Positions 27,559 through 38,897 are shown, counted from the stretch's first letter. The stretch is DNA of 64,000 bases from an uncultured Candidatus Saccharibacteria bacterium (GCA_964507955.1 CAZDRR010000001.1:344-64343); one strand, 5' to 3'. The notes: generated from the letters alone by a model not told the origin. Numbers and translations are program-made.

Positions 27559-29078
27559 TGTCCTTATTAATTCATAATGTTTTAAGTTGTTCATCCAAAA
27601 TAGATTTTTCTTATTTGGATGGAACGGCTTCTTTCGGATATAACGTTTCCAACACTTATACGATTGATATTTCTGACGTTCAATTCTTCGATGGGGACAT
27701 TCCCCTATTAAGCGGAGAAGCGGCCTTAAAAGAGGCTTATATGCGTCCTAATTTAGTCGCCCGTATCGGCACCGACGAATTTATCAATGGGCGAATTACA
27801 AACCTATCTTTGCCTTCTTCTTCATTAAGCGGATCTTCCACGGCAACAATTACAATTGAAGAATCTAAAAAGTTGGATTCATATGCGAACAATGTTTTCG
27901 CGCAAAACATCCCTTCTCCGCATCTTTTAGATTCCTTTCAGGAGAACTTCTCTTTTTCTCGTTCCGAGGATTCTTATTCTTATACCAGAACTGTTTCTAT
28001 AAAATATAAGCAAGGTATTGGGGATCAATTTCTAAATCACGCCCACTTTTTCTTAAAAAACTTCTATTTTGTAAATAGACCGAACTTTGGCTATGCCGTC
28101 GATGGAATTTCTGAAAATGCCAGAACGGATTCTGGTTTCAAACCCCTGTTAACGGAATCTTATGATTTAATAGATCTTTCGGTTTCTCTTACAGAAAATT
28201 TTGAATCATCCTCTATTAGTGGAGATGTATCCGTAAAAAAGAGTTACAACATTGGTATTAACGAGTCTGGATTTACTGAAAAAAAATATACAATTGAAAT
28301 CAAGGCTTTAAAAGAACCTTTGGAAATTGTTGCGAATAATGCTTGCGCCGATATCTTAGACAATTTGATTTACGAAAATTCTTCTTTCAATAACCCCGTT
28401 TCTATTGAAAAAGGGATTAATAAAGATGGTGGCATTATTAGCCTTTCTGTAGAATTTTCCAACGATCCAAGCAAATCTGAAACAAATAAAATCTCTTATA
28501 CTGTCACTAAAACCAAAAGAGACGCATTTTACGATTATACTTTATCCATTAATTTTTCATCTTTAGGAAAATCTTATACAGAACGTTTTATTAAAACAAA
28601 AACGCTTTGGAAAGGATTTCAGTCTTCTATAAAGACAAAAATCCAAACTATGTTCCCCGAAGCCAACCCTATTTACGAAAAATCGCATTCAACAACTTTT
28701 GCAAAGTTAGAGGGTAAAATTTCTGAATCCGTAGTTTATACGGACGATCCTGCGTATATACAAGATGGTCTTCCAGAAAATGCTTTAAAATTAAAAGTGA
28801 CTAATAAAGTCACAGAACAAAACAGCCGATTTTTTAGATTTCTTAATCTTCTTGATTTAAAAGAAAAATTTATCTTATCTGAATTACCAACAATTGGAGA
28901 AGGAAGTATCTCTATCGAAATAGTTACTAAAACTCCAGAAGATATTTTTGGCGGATATAAAATTCTGCAATCAATGTCTTTTTTAAATGGAAATCAATAC
29001 CCAACTTCTGACGTTATTACAATTGATACTGCCAATGGCGCGACTACCCGTGTAATTGGTTATGTATTCTATCAATGA
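27558..29078 (+). CDS. Tail-tip/distal tail protein (putative)
   Basis: TAATG-coupled to the tape measure gene; beta-rich. Confidence 0.55.
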   Translation: MSLLIHNVLSCSSKIDFSYLDGTASFGYNVSNTYTIDISDVQFFDGDIPLLSGEAALKEAYMRPNLVARIGTDEFINGRITNLSLPSSSLSGSSTATITIEESKKLDSYANNVFAQNIPSPHLLDSFQENFSFSRSEDSYSYTRTVSIKYKQGIGDQFLNHAHFFLKNFYFVNRPNFGYAVDGISENARTDSGFKPLLTESYDLIDLSVSLTENFESSSISGDVSVKKSYNIGINESGFTEKKYTIEIKALKEPLEIVANNACADILDNLIYENSSFNNPVSIEKGINKDGGIISLSVEFSNDPSKSETNKISYTVTKTKRDAFYDYTLSINFSSLGKSYTERFIKTKTLWKGFQSSIKTKIQTMFPEANPIYEKSHSTTFAKLEGKISESVVYTDDPAYIQDGLPENALKLKVTNKVTEQNSRFFRFLNLLDLKEKFILSELPTIGEGSISIEIVTKTPEDIFGGYKILQSMSFLNGNQYPTSDVITIDTANGATTRVIGYVFYQ

Positions 29079-30634
29079 TTGTCAAATATGGTAACTATTT
29101 TTTCCCATCTCCTCTGCCGTTTGTTGCAGTAGAAGATAATCCAATTATTGCCGAAGGGAATATTGATAGCGTTCTTAAAAAAATTACTTTAATTGGTTCT
29201 ATTACTGGAGAAAATTTGCCAACATTAGCTTCTGGCAAAAGAGATATTTTATCAGGACTAAAATCTGAATATTTGGGATTAACAATTGGGGATCAATCCT
29301 TTTCTTGCGTCAAACCTGTTTCTCTATCTTTTGATGAGTCGCCATTAACCACAGTTTTACCTTATTCCATAGAATTCGAAGTATATGAAGAAACTACTTT
29401 CTCAAATTATTTTAGAGTTAAAAATCCTGTTAATACTTGGACTTTTACCGAACAACAAGGGAGAATTGTCAAGGCTTCTCACCAAGCATCTGCTGTAGGA
29501 GCCAAAGTCGATAATGAAGACCCTTTGGTTAATGCGAAAACTTTTGTTGATAATTTATTTAATGGTCTGGAAAATCTAAGTGTTTTTAATAGCGGGACTT
29601 ACCCTATACTCAGCGCCTCCACAGAAGAAATTGATAGACAAAAAGGCAGCTACTCACGTTCTCAAGAATTTACTTTCTCCACAAGTTCAAATTTGATAAA
29701 TACGGGGGCAATTATTTCCGCCACAACGCAATTATCTTATTCACAAGAAGGAAATCTACAAGCGTCTGTGAATGGTTCTATTGTCGGTCCATTAAATGGA
29801 GATATGGTTAATACGGGAATGTTTTCGCCATCCCACGCAACGGAATTAGCGAAAAATGCTGCCATCAACAGTATGTCGGCTTATGAAAATGATCTTTACG
29901 GATACATTTGCAATGGCCCTTCTTCTTACAATTATGAAGTAAATGAAGCGGCAAATTCAATTAATTTTACTTTCAATTTTAAAGATCCTACCGACGAAAC
30001 ATCAACAAATATCTACAATAACCAAACAGTTGTAGTTTCTGCAACAAAAGATTCAAATATTTTCAATGTAAGTGTCAATGGCAATATTACTTATAGGTCT
30101 GATTTTGATATTTTTGGGGGAGGAAATATTGATACAAATCAACGATTTGTGTTAATCGAAGATGCCTTTGAAAAAATTGATTTCGCAGCAGTCGCTTTGG
30201 ATGGTCTAGTTACTTTCTTAGACGGGGTTGAAAACTATGATTCCAAAGCTTATATCAATCCTCAACCAAGGGAATCCTCTGTTACTAAAAATCCATTTAT
30301 CCCATCCATAGATTATGATTATACTTTCACGAATGCCATAGATTTTTCAAATGGACAATTAAATAATCTTTCTTTTACTATTTCCGATAATCTTCCAATT
30401 GCCATTACGGGAGTAAAAGAATCTATTGCGGGCTTTGTCGCCCAAAAAATCATGGACAGAAAACTTGGAGAATTGGACGTTCAAGCTTCCTGCAAAGATG
30501 GAATCGACAAATTGCCTACGTTAAAATCCATTACTACAGGATTATTTAAAGATAAAATCTGTGAAAGAATTACAACCAGCAACTACACTTCTGGCGAATC
30601 TCTTCTTAATTATTCCTTTACCTCATTATATTAA
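29075..30634 (+). CDS. Tail-tip protein (putative)
   Basis: Synteny; repeated VSVNGxI-type units. Confidence 0.55.
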   Translation: MIVKYGNYFFPSPLPFVAVEDNPIIAEGNIDSVLKKITLIGSITGENLPTLASGKRDILSGLKSEYLGLTIGDQSFSCVKPVSLSFDESPLTTVLPYSIEFEVYEETTFSNYFRVKNPVNTWTFTEQQGRIVKASHQASAVGAKVDNEDPLVNAKTFVDNLFNGLENLSVFNSGTYPILSASTEEIDRQKGSYSRSQEFTFSTSSNLINTGAIISATTQLSYSQEGNLQASVNGSIVGPLNGDMVNTGMFSPSHATELAKNAAINSMSAYENDLYGYICNGPSSYNYEVNEAANSINFTFNFKDPTDETSTNIYNNQTVVVSATKDSNIFNVSVNGNITYRSDFDIFGGGNIDTNQRFVLIEDAFEKIDFAAVALDGLVTFLDGVENYDSKAYINPQPRESSVTKNPFIPSIDYDYTFTNAIDFSNGQLNNLSFTISDNLPIAITGVKESIAGFVAQKIMDRKLGELDVQASCKDGIDKLPTLKSITTGLFKDKICERITTSNYTSGESLLNYSFTSLY

Positions 30635-31992
30635 TGTCCTTTAATGCTCTTACATATGTTTTGGATGAAAATGCCTTAAATGATAGTTTGAAGGTTTGTT
30701 ATGATTTTGGAAATTACTCCGTTGTTACTTTAGGAATTCAACAAGGAGTTTTGGAAAATATTGCCCCTTTATCGTCGGGAGTAAATAAGGGGATTATCTA
30801 TAACGGAACTGGAACAACAACTAATCAAGCATTAAATCAAATTACAGGAGCCAACAAATTTTTATCCAATAGTGGATCAGGCGATTTCTCTAAAAGCAAT
30901 ATTCTGATTAGTGGCAATGTTGATTTTAATCTCAATGGCAGTTCTGCTATTTTTCAATTCCATAATATCAATGCTTATAAAAATGGTATCATTTTTGGAT
31001 GTTTAGAACATCTCACAGAAACTTATAATGGGGTAGATTACAAAAGCGCAAAAGGTATAAATTTTGGCATAACGGATCGAGGCCATCTATTCATGGAACT
31101 TTTCTCAAATAATGGTCCAGAAATTCATGTTTTTAATAATATAGAATTATCTCCAAAAAACATTGTATCTTTTTCTATTGGCGCTGGAGAAATTGAAGTC
31201 TGCCGATTTGATTATATCAATCAACAAACATATTCTGAAAGTTTCAATTTTGATACAAGTCTAATCATTAATCCTTCAAATATTTATTTAGGAGCTTCTC
31301 CTTCTTATTATAGGGCTAGTGGAATTGCGACCCCAACTTTTAGCGGATATATCAACAACTTTTTGCTTTTCTCCGAAAGATTGAATAAAGACACTTTATA
31401 TCGAGTTGGAGAGGGGCTTGTTTCTGAATATTATTATTCATCAGGTATTGAAGAAACTGCATCCCGAATTACAGGTTATAATTCCATACCTCTCTACAAT
31501 ACAGGAATTACAGGATATTCTTTCTCCCAAACTGGTTATTTACTATTACCATCTGGATCTTCTTTTCTTTCTGGAGGATTTGCGATGACGGGAACATATT
31601 CCATAAGGGAAGGAGATCGCTATTTTATTTTTACAAGCGGCCAAAATCCAGAAATCGAAACCTATTTTAAAGAAGAAGTCGGATTTTTGAATCCTACTTT
31701 GTTCGGTTCATATGAACCCACGGGAACAAATGCTTTTGATACACTTGGTTTACAAAATTCAAGCGGTATTGTAACTGGTTATACAGAAACAACTGGTTTT
31801 TATACTAATTACGTTCAACAACCTTTATATGATATACAACCATTAACTGGCATAACTACCGAAATCACAGGTTATTCCAGCACTCCTTTATATGAGGAAT
31901 ATTTGATTTCTCGTCCAAATTCTTCTGGCATTGCCCTTTCAGGGTCTTCCTATGGTTACTTGAAAAACTATTTATTTTATTTGGATCAATGA
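30634..31992 (+). CDS. Tail protein with a LamG/ConA-like domain and an S/T-G-rich C-terminus
   Basis: IYLGA...FSGYINNFLLFSERL resembles a LamG end motif; many TG/SG dipeptides. Confidence 0.6.
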   Translation: MSFNALTYVLDENALNDSLKVCYDFGNYSVVTLGIQQGVLENIAPLSSGVNKGIIYNGTGTTTNQALNQITGANKFLSNSGSGDFSKSNILISGNVDFNLNGSSAIFQFHNINAYKNGIIFGCLEHLTETYNGVDYKSAKGINFGITDRGHLFMELFSNNGPEIHVFNNIELSPKNIVSFSIGAGEIEVCRFDYINQQTYSESFNFDTSLIINPSNIYLGASPSYYRASGIATPTFSGYINNFLLFSERLNKDTLYRVGEGLVSEYYYSSGIEETASRITGYNSIPLYNTGITGYSFSQTGYLLLPSGSSFLSGGFAMTGTYSIREGDRYFIFTSGQNPEIETYFKEEVGFLNPTLFGSYEPTGTNAFDTLGLQNSSGIVTGYTETTGFYTNYVQQPLYDIQPLTGITTEITGYSSTPLYEEYLISRPNSSGIALSGSSYGYLKNYLFYLDQ

Positions 31993-32756
31993 ATATTAAC
32001 TTTGAATTAAATACTGGAAGTTCAACCTTGTCTGGATGTAGATCGCTATCCAGAATTTCGAATTATTATGCTTCCACTACAGAACAAACAATCTATTTCA
32101 ATAATACGATTACGGGAGATAATAGCACTAAACTTTCTTTGAATTCCCAAACATTAACAGAAGGGCCATTGGAAATTGTTGATCTGGCTTTCGAAGATTT
32201 ATATCTTTCTTCTGGCGATTATTACTTATTACCGAATACTAATAAAGTTGCCTCTATTACCAATGATCTTACTTTAAATGAAATAGAAGGAGATATTACT
32301 ATTTTATACGAATCTCGTCCACAAGCTTCTGGCGCTATTTTTATCTTTTCTAACTCTGGAGAAGTTAATACTGGACTAAAAAATCAGATTAATCTGAACT
32401 TGCCAACATATACAAATAATTTAAGTGCATTAGATTTCTTTTTGAACGGACAAAAAATTTATAGTGGAGAATCTTATACTATTACAGGAGCGAACAATGG
32501 ATTTTCTTATCTATCAAATGTTACTGGAAAAATTTTCGCAATTCCAAAATATTCAAACCTTTTAAATATTACTGGAGAATCAGGCCAAGTTTATGCTACA
32601 GAATTCATAGAAAACAACAATGCCATTTATTTAAATGGAATGGAACAAGCAAGTATATCTTGGCTTGAAATTAATACTGGTGTAAATATGATTGTCAAAA
32701 ATAATCCTGTAAATTTTACGATAGATAATCCTTTTTATCAAACATTTGCATTATGA
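31989..32756 (+). CDS. Minor tail protein
   Basis: Repeated (F/Y)LNG(Q/M) units; S/T-G-rich. Confidence 0.55.
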   Translation: MNINFELNTGSSTLSGCRSLSRISNYYASTTEQTIYFNNTITGDNSTKLSLNSQTLTEGPLEIVDLAFEDLYLSSGDYYLLPNTNKVASITNDLTLNEIEGDITILYESRPQASGAIFIFSNSGEVNTGLKNQINLNLPTYTNNLSALDFFLNGQKIYSGESYTITGANNGFSYLSNVTGKIFAIPKYSNLLNITGESGQVYATEFIENNNAIYLNGMEQASISWLEINTGVNMIVKNNPVNFTIDNPFYQTFAL

Positions 32757-35302
32757 GCATTTCTAATATTGAAATTAATCTTTCTTCTAATGGCAGTCCC
32801 CATCAAGCAACTGTCACAGAGGTTATTGGTAAAAATGCTTGTGATCGAAAATCTATAGCTTCTATTATTAGTGCATCTAAGGGGCAAAGCCTTCGCGTCA
32901 ACAACGATAAAATCAATAATTTATTATCGCAATTTGTTATAGAATCTATTACGACAACTGTTGATCCTTCTTCTGAAAAGAAAGATTATAAATTAATTGA
33001 TAAATTATCCGCTATCCTAGATAGTTATATTGTTTTAGTAAGAGGAATTACGGCTCCTCCTATTATCGACAAATTTCCTTCTCCTATAGAATTTTTAAAT
33101 GATCCTAAATTTCCAAATAGCAAAACTGTTTTTGCAGGGCCAGTATTTCCATCTTCTGAACTCCCTTTAAGTGCTTTCGGACCTACTACAGAAGGAGCAA
33201 CTACCTCTGTTTATAAACCCAAAGCTATTTTGGATACTAGAGGAAGCTATTCTTCTCCTATAATTGATATTCTTGGTAATGTGGTTATTCTCGGTTCCAC
33301 ATATAGTATTATAACTCAACAGATCCATAACGAACGTTCTTTTCAAACATACAATAAAGGAAAAAAAATTAGTAAACTTTCTGAAAATTCTCAATATACG
33401 GAACCTGTTGTCATTATGGATAACGGAGATCCTCCAAAAGAAATAAAATTTATTGATCCTTTAGAGGGCCAGAAACAAGATCCAACAAAAGCGACTATAA
33501 AATATGGATATACGGCTAAAGAATTTTTTAAAATTTTTGACCTATTATCCATTAAATTCGATAAAAATCCATTAAAAAATATGGATAATGTTTTATTCGA
33601 AACTACTGGTAATTTAAGAGATTGTCTTTCCGCTATTTGTTCTTTTTATGGATATTATTGGTATATTCAATTAAATAGCGATTCTAATAAATTTCCATCT
33701 TTATACATTTTATCATCAGAGGAAGCGTTTGCTTTAACAATAGAAGATCCTCGCACAGAAGCATTATCTGATCCGTCTTTAGTATCCTATTCCTTTTCCG
33801 AAGGAGGAAGATCTCCTTATACAGTAGCTTCTTTTGTAGGAAATTCCGCCCCTCCAGAAAGAGCAGACCAATCGCCTTTCCAAATTGAAGATACTCCTAT
33901 TCATAAAGAATTTAAAAGAGTAAACTGTGAAAAATTTTTCAAAATTCGCTCTGAAAATATCTCAGAGGAAGAAGCTAAAACAATTGAAGCCTTTTTCTTA
34001 TTTTTTTATTCGGAAGAAGCTGATTCAACAGAATCCTTTGATAAATTTTTTCTTTTGGGCAAACATTTCTTTGAAAATTTTCAATGCGATTATTTTTATG
34101 ATTACAAAATTGCAGACAAATATAAAGGTTTCGCAAAATATTTAAATGAAGCGGCTTCCGAAGAATCTGCCGATATGAGTTTGATTAAAGAAACGATTAA
34201 AAATTCAAAATACAGCGGTGCTTTCCCTATAGATACTTCTAAAACTTTAACAATGCTTCAAGAAGAAGGGTCTCCACTTCCTTTGCCAAGCACTATGACT
34301 GTTTATACAATTTTCAAAAACTATTTTAAATATTTTGGATCTCTATTTATTTCTAATGGATATTCGAAATCTTTTACCGAAAGAGTTAATTTTACAGGTG
34401 GAGATATTTCCATCTCAAAAGCTTATTTAGGATCTACAAAATTATCAGAAGTAGAAGAATTAGTTGATTTTAATAATTTCTTAGAGGCTTTTGGAATTAA
34501 GAATGTAACGATGCAGGACTTAGCTAATTATGCCAATGTAAATATTGGATTAGGCACTGATAAATATTTTTATATTGCCATGTTGCCAATCAATAAAACT
34601 CTTGGCGCAAAGACAAAAAATGATGAAGCTAGTTTTGAAGCAAAACGTTTTGAATTTTTAGAAAAAAAAGTTTGGCTAGGATTCCCTTTGGGATCTTCCG
34701 CTTCTCGTCAAGTTATTTTATATAATATCTCAACAGAAGAAGAAGCCGATATGCGCAAAAAAATTAATGATTTATATACTACTTCGCGAGAAAAATTCTT
34801 AAAAGCCCACAAAAATTTAAAAGAAAGAGTTCTTGTCCAAATGTCTCGTATAGATAATGGTCCAGATGGCACAGAAGACTCTGGAGAAAGAGAAAGACTT
34901 TCTTTTGAGAATTCTATTTATAAAATTTTCATCCCAACAATTGATGGGAAAGAACGTTCTATTTCTATGGTAAAAGCCGAATTGAAAACTTTTACTGGAA
35001 GTATCACCGATATAAAAACATTAATAAAAGCAAATAGATCTCAACTCATAGGTCTTGACTATAATTTAAATTCGGCAAGCAAAACTTATTATAGATTATA
35101 TATCCCAACATTTTCAATAAAAATTGATTCAATTTCTATTCAATTTGCCAATGATGGTATCTCTACAACTATTGCGGAAAGTAATAAAGGAATTATTCCT
35201 GTAGATCAAACATTAATCTTAAGCGACTCTAAAGTTGCAAGATCTTCTAACTTTAGAACATTCTTTACCGCTGGCCAGAAGAATTTCTTTAGAATGAATT
35301 AA
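32753..35302 (+). CDS. Baseplate hub/central tail-tip protein (putative)
   Basis: 849 aa; GNLRDCLSAICSFYGYYWYI resembles hub/Tal segments; last gene of the structural run. Confidence 0.5.
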   Translation: MSISNIEINLSSNGSPHQATVTEVIGKNACDRKSIASIISASKGQSLRVNNDKINNLLSQFVIESITTTVDPSSEKKDYKLIDKLSAILDSYIVLVRGITAPPIIDKFPSPIEFLNDPKFPNSKTVFAGPVFPSSELPLSAFGPTTEGATTSVYKPKAILDTRGSYSSPIIDILGNVVILGSTYSIITQQIHNERSFQTYNKGKKISKLSENSQYTEPVVIMDNGDPPKEIKFIDPLEGQKQDPTKATIKYGYTAKEFFKIFDLLSIKFDKNPLKNMDNVLFETTGNLRDCLSAICSFYGYYWYIQLNSDSNKFPSLYILSSEEAFALTIEDPRTEALSDPSLVSYSFSEGGRSPYTVASFVGNSAPPERADQSPFQIEDTPIHKEFKRVNCEKFFKIRSENISEEEAKTIEAFFLFFYSEEADSTESFDKFFLLGKHFFENFQCDYFYDYKIADKYKGFAKYLNEAASEESADMSLIKETIKNSKYSGAFPIDTSKTLTMLQEEGSPLPLPSTMTVYTIFKNYFKYFGSLFISNGYSKSFTERVNFTGGDISISKAYLGSTKLSEVEELVDFNNFLEAFGIKNVTMQDLANYANVNIGLGTDKYFYIAMLPINKTLGAKTKNDEASFEAKRFEFLEKKVWLGFPLGSSASRQVILYNISTEEEADMRKKINDLYTTSREKFLKAHKNLKERVLVQMSRIDNGPDGTEDSGERERLSFENSIYKIFIPTIDGKERSISMVKAELKTFTGSITDIKTLIKANRSQLIGLDYNLNSASKTYYRLYIPTFSIKIDSISIQFANDGISTTIAESNKGIIPVDQTLILSDSKVARSSNFRTFFTAGQKNFFRMN

Positions 35303-36060
35303 TTCAATTCGGACAACATCTTTGTTAAAATTCTACATTCTTTTGTTGGAATGTCTTTAAACGATTTCCATTGAGAGCAATCATCATTACGATATTTATT
35401 CTCTTTCCAAAGAGTTCTCAACCATTGGATAAATTGATCGAAATTTAAATTCTTTTCTTCTGCTGTTTTTTCAAGAAGCGCCCAAGGTTTTAAAATAACA
35501 TTTTCTTCTTCCGTTTGAGAACTTTCTGATCCAGAAGAACGCATGATTTCATCTGCCCCGACAATATGGATATTTAAAAAATTGCGCACGGCACGGACAA
35601 AAGCCCTATTACAAGCCATGGTTTCTAAAAATTTTTGACCAAAATCATCTGTATTTTTTACAGATGCATTTGCGCAATCCGAAAATTTTACAACATAAGG
35701 TGTTTCATAATTCGGAATCCATGTAATTGTGCAGGTAGCTATAGCATTTTCTGTATTACCAGAAATATTATATGAGACTTCGGAAAATCCCCTTAATTTA
35801 GCTAACTCTTTAATACCCCCGAGCATTATTAATAATTGTTTGTCTTTTAAGCCTTCAATAGAAGAAGGAATTGGCTTTTGTCTGTTTTCAAACCATTCCT
35901 TATTCACATAAAGGAATTCTGGTTTGATCATTTCTCTCCAATTAATTGATCCATCTTCATTAAAGACGTATGCAACATTAGGATAAAGTCCTGTAGAAGT
36001 ATTACGAGAATATTTTTGAACAGCTTGCTCTACAAGCGTTGCGGGGATTTCTTCACTCAT
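35299..36060 (-). CDS. Putative single-strand annealing protein (Rad52/Sak-like)
   Basis: GGIKELAKLRG, ATCTITW and TMACNRAFVRAVRNFLNI motifs. Confidence 0.45.
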   Translation of the reverse strand: MSEEIPATLVEQAVQKYSRNTSTGLYPNVAYVFNEDGSINWREMIKPEFLYVNKEWFENRQKPIPSSIEGLKDKQLLIMLGGIKELAKLRGFSEVSYNISGNTENAIATCTITWIPNYETPYVVKFSDCANASVKNTDDFGQKFLETMACNRAFVRAVRNFLNIHIVGADEIMRSSGSESSQTEEENVILKPWALLEKTAEEKNLNFDQFIQWLRTLWKENKYRNDDCSQWKSFKDIPTKECRILTKMLSELN

Positions 36061-37186
36061 GATTGTTACTATAAATATACATCCAGTCTAAGTCAAGTAA
36101 AAACAAGTCCATAGACTTGTAAACTGCGAATATATTTGGATAAACGTCCGCGCCACAAACAATTTTTTTATTAGATATAATCGAAATATCTTCGTAAGAA
36201 GCGTTATTGATTTTTTGTCGATTGTCTTCTATCGTTTTTTCAACATTAAAATTAATAATGGCGTTATTGAAAAACTTAGCTCTTTCGTTTTTTAAATTTT
36301 CCTCGTTTGTGCAAATTAAATTAACTGGAATACCAAGTAATTTTAAATCTTCCACAAATTTCTTATCGAAAGATCCTGAAACATAATTGACACATAGAAG
36401 ATTTTTAACGAAAGGAAAGTTTAAGTTAAATGGTTGCGCCGTAGTTACTTCTCCAGTATTGCGCGAAAGAATATCTACCATTATTTTATGAGTTTCCATA
36501 TCACAAAATAAATCAAGTCTAATATTGACATTTTTTAAAACTAATGGACAGGGTAAAGATGGAATAATATCTATACATTTATCTTTATATCTCAAACCAG
36601 CATAAATCGTTTTAAATGGAATGTTATTGTTAAATCCAAGCATCTCAAGAATAGTTTGAGCAATAATTTCGGGATTTATTTTGTTGATTTTTTTAGGGAA
36701 TTCATTTAATATAAAAGATGGATTTTCATCTTTTTCGCGAGGAGTTTCGATAAGAAATTGTTTCTTTTTATCTCCCCAATATGGTGCCGAACAATTCGCA
36801 AAAGATTCCCCGAAAATAGCCGTAATTGGTTTGTTATAAACACTCGCAATTTGTGCTGCCAAAGAATCTACTCCAACAAATGCCATGCTGTTCTTAATGA
36901 CATTTGATGTTTGTCTAAAATTTAACTTGCCTCTTAAATCCAAATCACATTGCACGGATGGGTCTTTTAGAGAACCAATTTGAACAACCTTTATATTTTC
37001 ACGTTGCAAAAATGGCAAACAGAGATTCAAAACTAAATTCCAATGGTCATAATCTCTTAAATTGTTTTTTTTAGAAGCGTAAAAACAAATATATTTATCA
37101 AAAACTATAGGATAGTAATGTTCCAAAATTTCTATGGAAGAAATTGGAACGCCTGTCGATAATGCATATCTCTCAATTAAATGCAT
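36053..37186 (-). CDS. GT9-like (heptosyltransferase-fold) glycosyltransferase, C-terminal half
   Basis: RDYDHW, VVQIG, DLRGKLNFRQ and FVGVDSLAAQIA...AIFG motifs. Confidence 0.75.
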   Translation of the reverse strand: MHLIERYALSTGVPISSIEILEHYYPIVFDKYICFYASKKNNLRDYDHWNLVLNLCLPFLQRENIKVVQIGSLKDPSVQCDLDLRGKLNFRQTSNVIKNSMAFVGVDSLAAQIASVYNKPITAIFGESFANCSAPYWGDKKKQFLIETPREKDENPSFILNEFPKKINKINPEIIAQTILEMLGFNNNIPFKTIYAGLRYKDKCIDIIPSLPCPLVLKNVNIRLDLFCDMETHKIMVDILSRNTGEVTTAQPFNLNFPFVKNLLCVNYVSGSFDKKFVEDLKLLGIPVNLICTNEENLKNERAKFFNNAIINFNVEKTIEDNRQKINNASYEDISIISNKKIVCGADVYPNIFAVYKSMDLFLLDLDWMYIYSNNHE

Positions 37187-37190
37187 GTTC

Positions 37191-38897
37191 TTATTCTTTA
37201 ATGTTCAAAGTAATGATATCGTTGCCATGATGCAAGTAATCCAAATGTTTTTGAGTCCCAATATGAGGCAGAAAACAAATTTCGAAATATCCTTTATGAG
37301 ATCCTTGTCCTTCCATCATGAATAAATTTTCCATATGAGGATGAAAATCAAGCACTTTATAGATGAACCTATTGCCTAAAAGAATTTCTTTGAATTGGGG
37401 CTTTGTAGCGAAATAAATGTCTTTATCTGGATAAGCCTTTTTGATTGATGGCAGCAAAGCTGTAGATAAAAAGACATCTTCTTCGGATTCTGGCATCACG
37501 AACAAAATACGATCTTTCCTTTCTTTATCTAAAAATGAATCAAAAGGAATCACTTTTAATTCTTCGGAAGGCTTGGCATTTTTGAAACTTATTATGGGTT
37601 GCTTTACTGTTTCGAGAATTTTTCCTTTTAGATTCTCAACAATTTTCTCAACGCTAAATTCTGCTTCTATCCATTTCTTGCCATTATCAACTAATTCTTG
37701 TTTTCTCTCTTGATCCAATCCATAAACATACAACAATGTATTACATATCGAATTAGCGTCGGTAGAAGCTTTGATGAATTGGGATTGGGGTTCTCTATAT
37801 TCATGCCATTTTAAAGGAAGTCCCCCTTGATGCTCATAGCACGAATCTGTGCCACAAGAGTATTCTGTAACCAATGTAATTAAGCCTGCGGCTTTAGCTT
37901 CTTGAATTGGTAATTCTTGCCCTCCAGAAGTAAATGGATGACAATATACGTCCATACAATTATAAACTTCATTTAATTGTTCCTCGGTTAATCCAGCAAT
38001 CGCTGTTTTTGTTTTAAAGGTTTTGGCCGAATTGCAGAATGGGCAATTAATTTCCGCACCTTCAAAATTTTTAATAGAATATCGTCCGCAAGAACTACAA
38101 CGATAAGTTGCTAAAACATCATGCGGACTAATCTTCTTTTCTTTTAAATATCGAACGATATCCCAGCCAGCTTGATTATCTCCCCAATCCGTATGCAAAA
38201 TTAGTTTAGCTTCTGGAACTATTTGTTTGAATAATTTAAATCCATCTAGGAGATTTGGAACAGATTTTCTCAATTGATTTTTGAAAACAAAACCTATGAC
38301 AAAATTTTTATCAAGGCCGTGTCTTTGGCGAATTTCGCGTCTATTTTCAAGAGGTTTAAAATGATTTAAATCAATAGCCCCATGTATTGTTGAAATATTA
38401 TGAATGCCAAATTTTTTCATTTCCTGTGTGGCGAAATCAGCCCAAACAAGAAATTTGTCGCAAGACTTCGCCATAATCATAGATTCTTCCATCAATGGAA
38501 GGCTGTCTAACGTTGTCCAAATGATTTTATGGGTAGTGTTCCACCAAGGCTTTGCAACGAAGCCAGAGAAGGCCCAAATGTCTTCAATGCCTACGTAAAC
38601 ATCTGGTTTTACAATATCAATAATCTTGTCTATTTCGTAATAGCCATATGATGCAGCGCGGTTTTTAAACGGATCGTTTGCAATTGAAGCCAATACTTCT
38701 GGATTCTCTGTCATAGTTCCATAACAAGGCCAAGGAGTCTTAACATCCCTACCAAATGGAACGCCATTCGCTGCTTCATAAACCTCAATATCTGGATCAT
38801 TATGCAATGCGAGAAGAACATTCTTCATGTTCTTCCCGAATCCAGTAACCATTCTACTGTAATTAGAATGAAAAAGAACTTTGATTTTCTTGTTCAT
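37191..38897 (-). CDS. GT4 glycosyltransferase with a zinc-ribbon insert and a C-terminal GT9 N-domain
   Basis: TGFG, NQLRKSVP, GGQELPIQEAKAAG; CSSC...CPFC insert; C-terminal DVFLSTALLPSIKKAYPD. Confidence 0.8.
   Translation of the reverse strand: MNKKIKVLFHSNYSRMVTGFGKNMKNVLLALHNDPDIEVYEAANGVPFGRDVKTPWPCYGTMTENPEVLASIANDPFKNRAASYGYYEIDKIIDIVKPDVYVGIEDIWAFSGFVAKPWWNTTHKIIWTTLDSLPLMEESMIMAKSCDKFLVWADFATQEMKKFGIHNISTIHGAIDLNHFKPLENRREIRQRHGLDKNFVIGFVFKNQLRKSVPNLLDGFKLFKQIVPEAKLILHTDWGDNQAGWDIVRYLKEKKISPHDVLATYRCSSCGRYSIKNFEGAEINCPFCNSAKTFKTKTAIAGLTEEQLNEVYNCMDVYCHPFTSGGQELPIQEAKAAGLITLVTEYSCGTDSCYEHQGGLPLKWHEYREPQSQFIKASTDANSICNTLLYVYGLDQERKQELVDNGKKWIEAEFSVEKIVENLKGKILETVKQPIISFKNAKPSEELKVIPFDSFLDKERKDRILFVMPESEEDVFLSTALLPSIKKAYPDKDIYFATKPQFKEILLGNRFIYKVLDFHPHMENLFMMEGQGSHKGYFEICFLPHIGTQKHLDYLHHGNDIITLNIKE

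Noticed and set aside
16996-35302. Contractile tail (sheath and baseplate wedge)
   Set aside because: No sheath-like or baseplate-J-like protein is recognisable; the layout fits a long non-contractile tail, although genes outside the window cannot be excluded.
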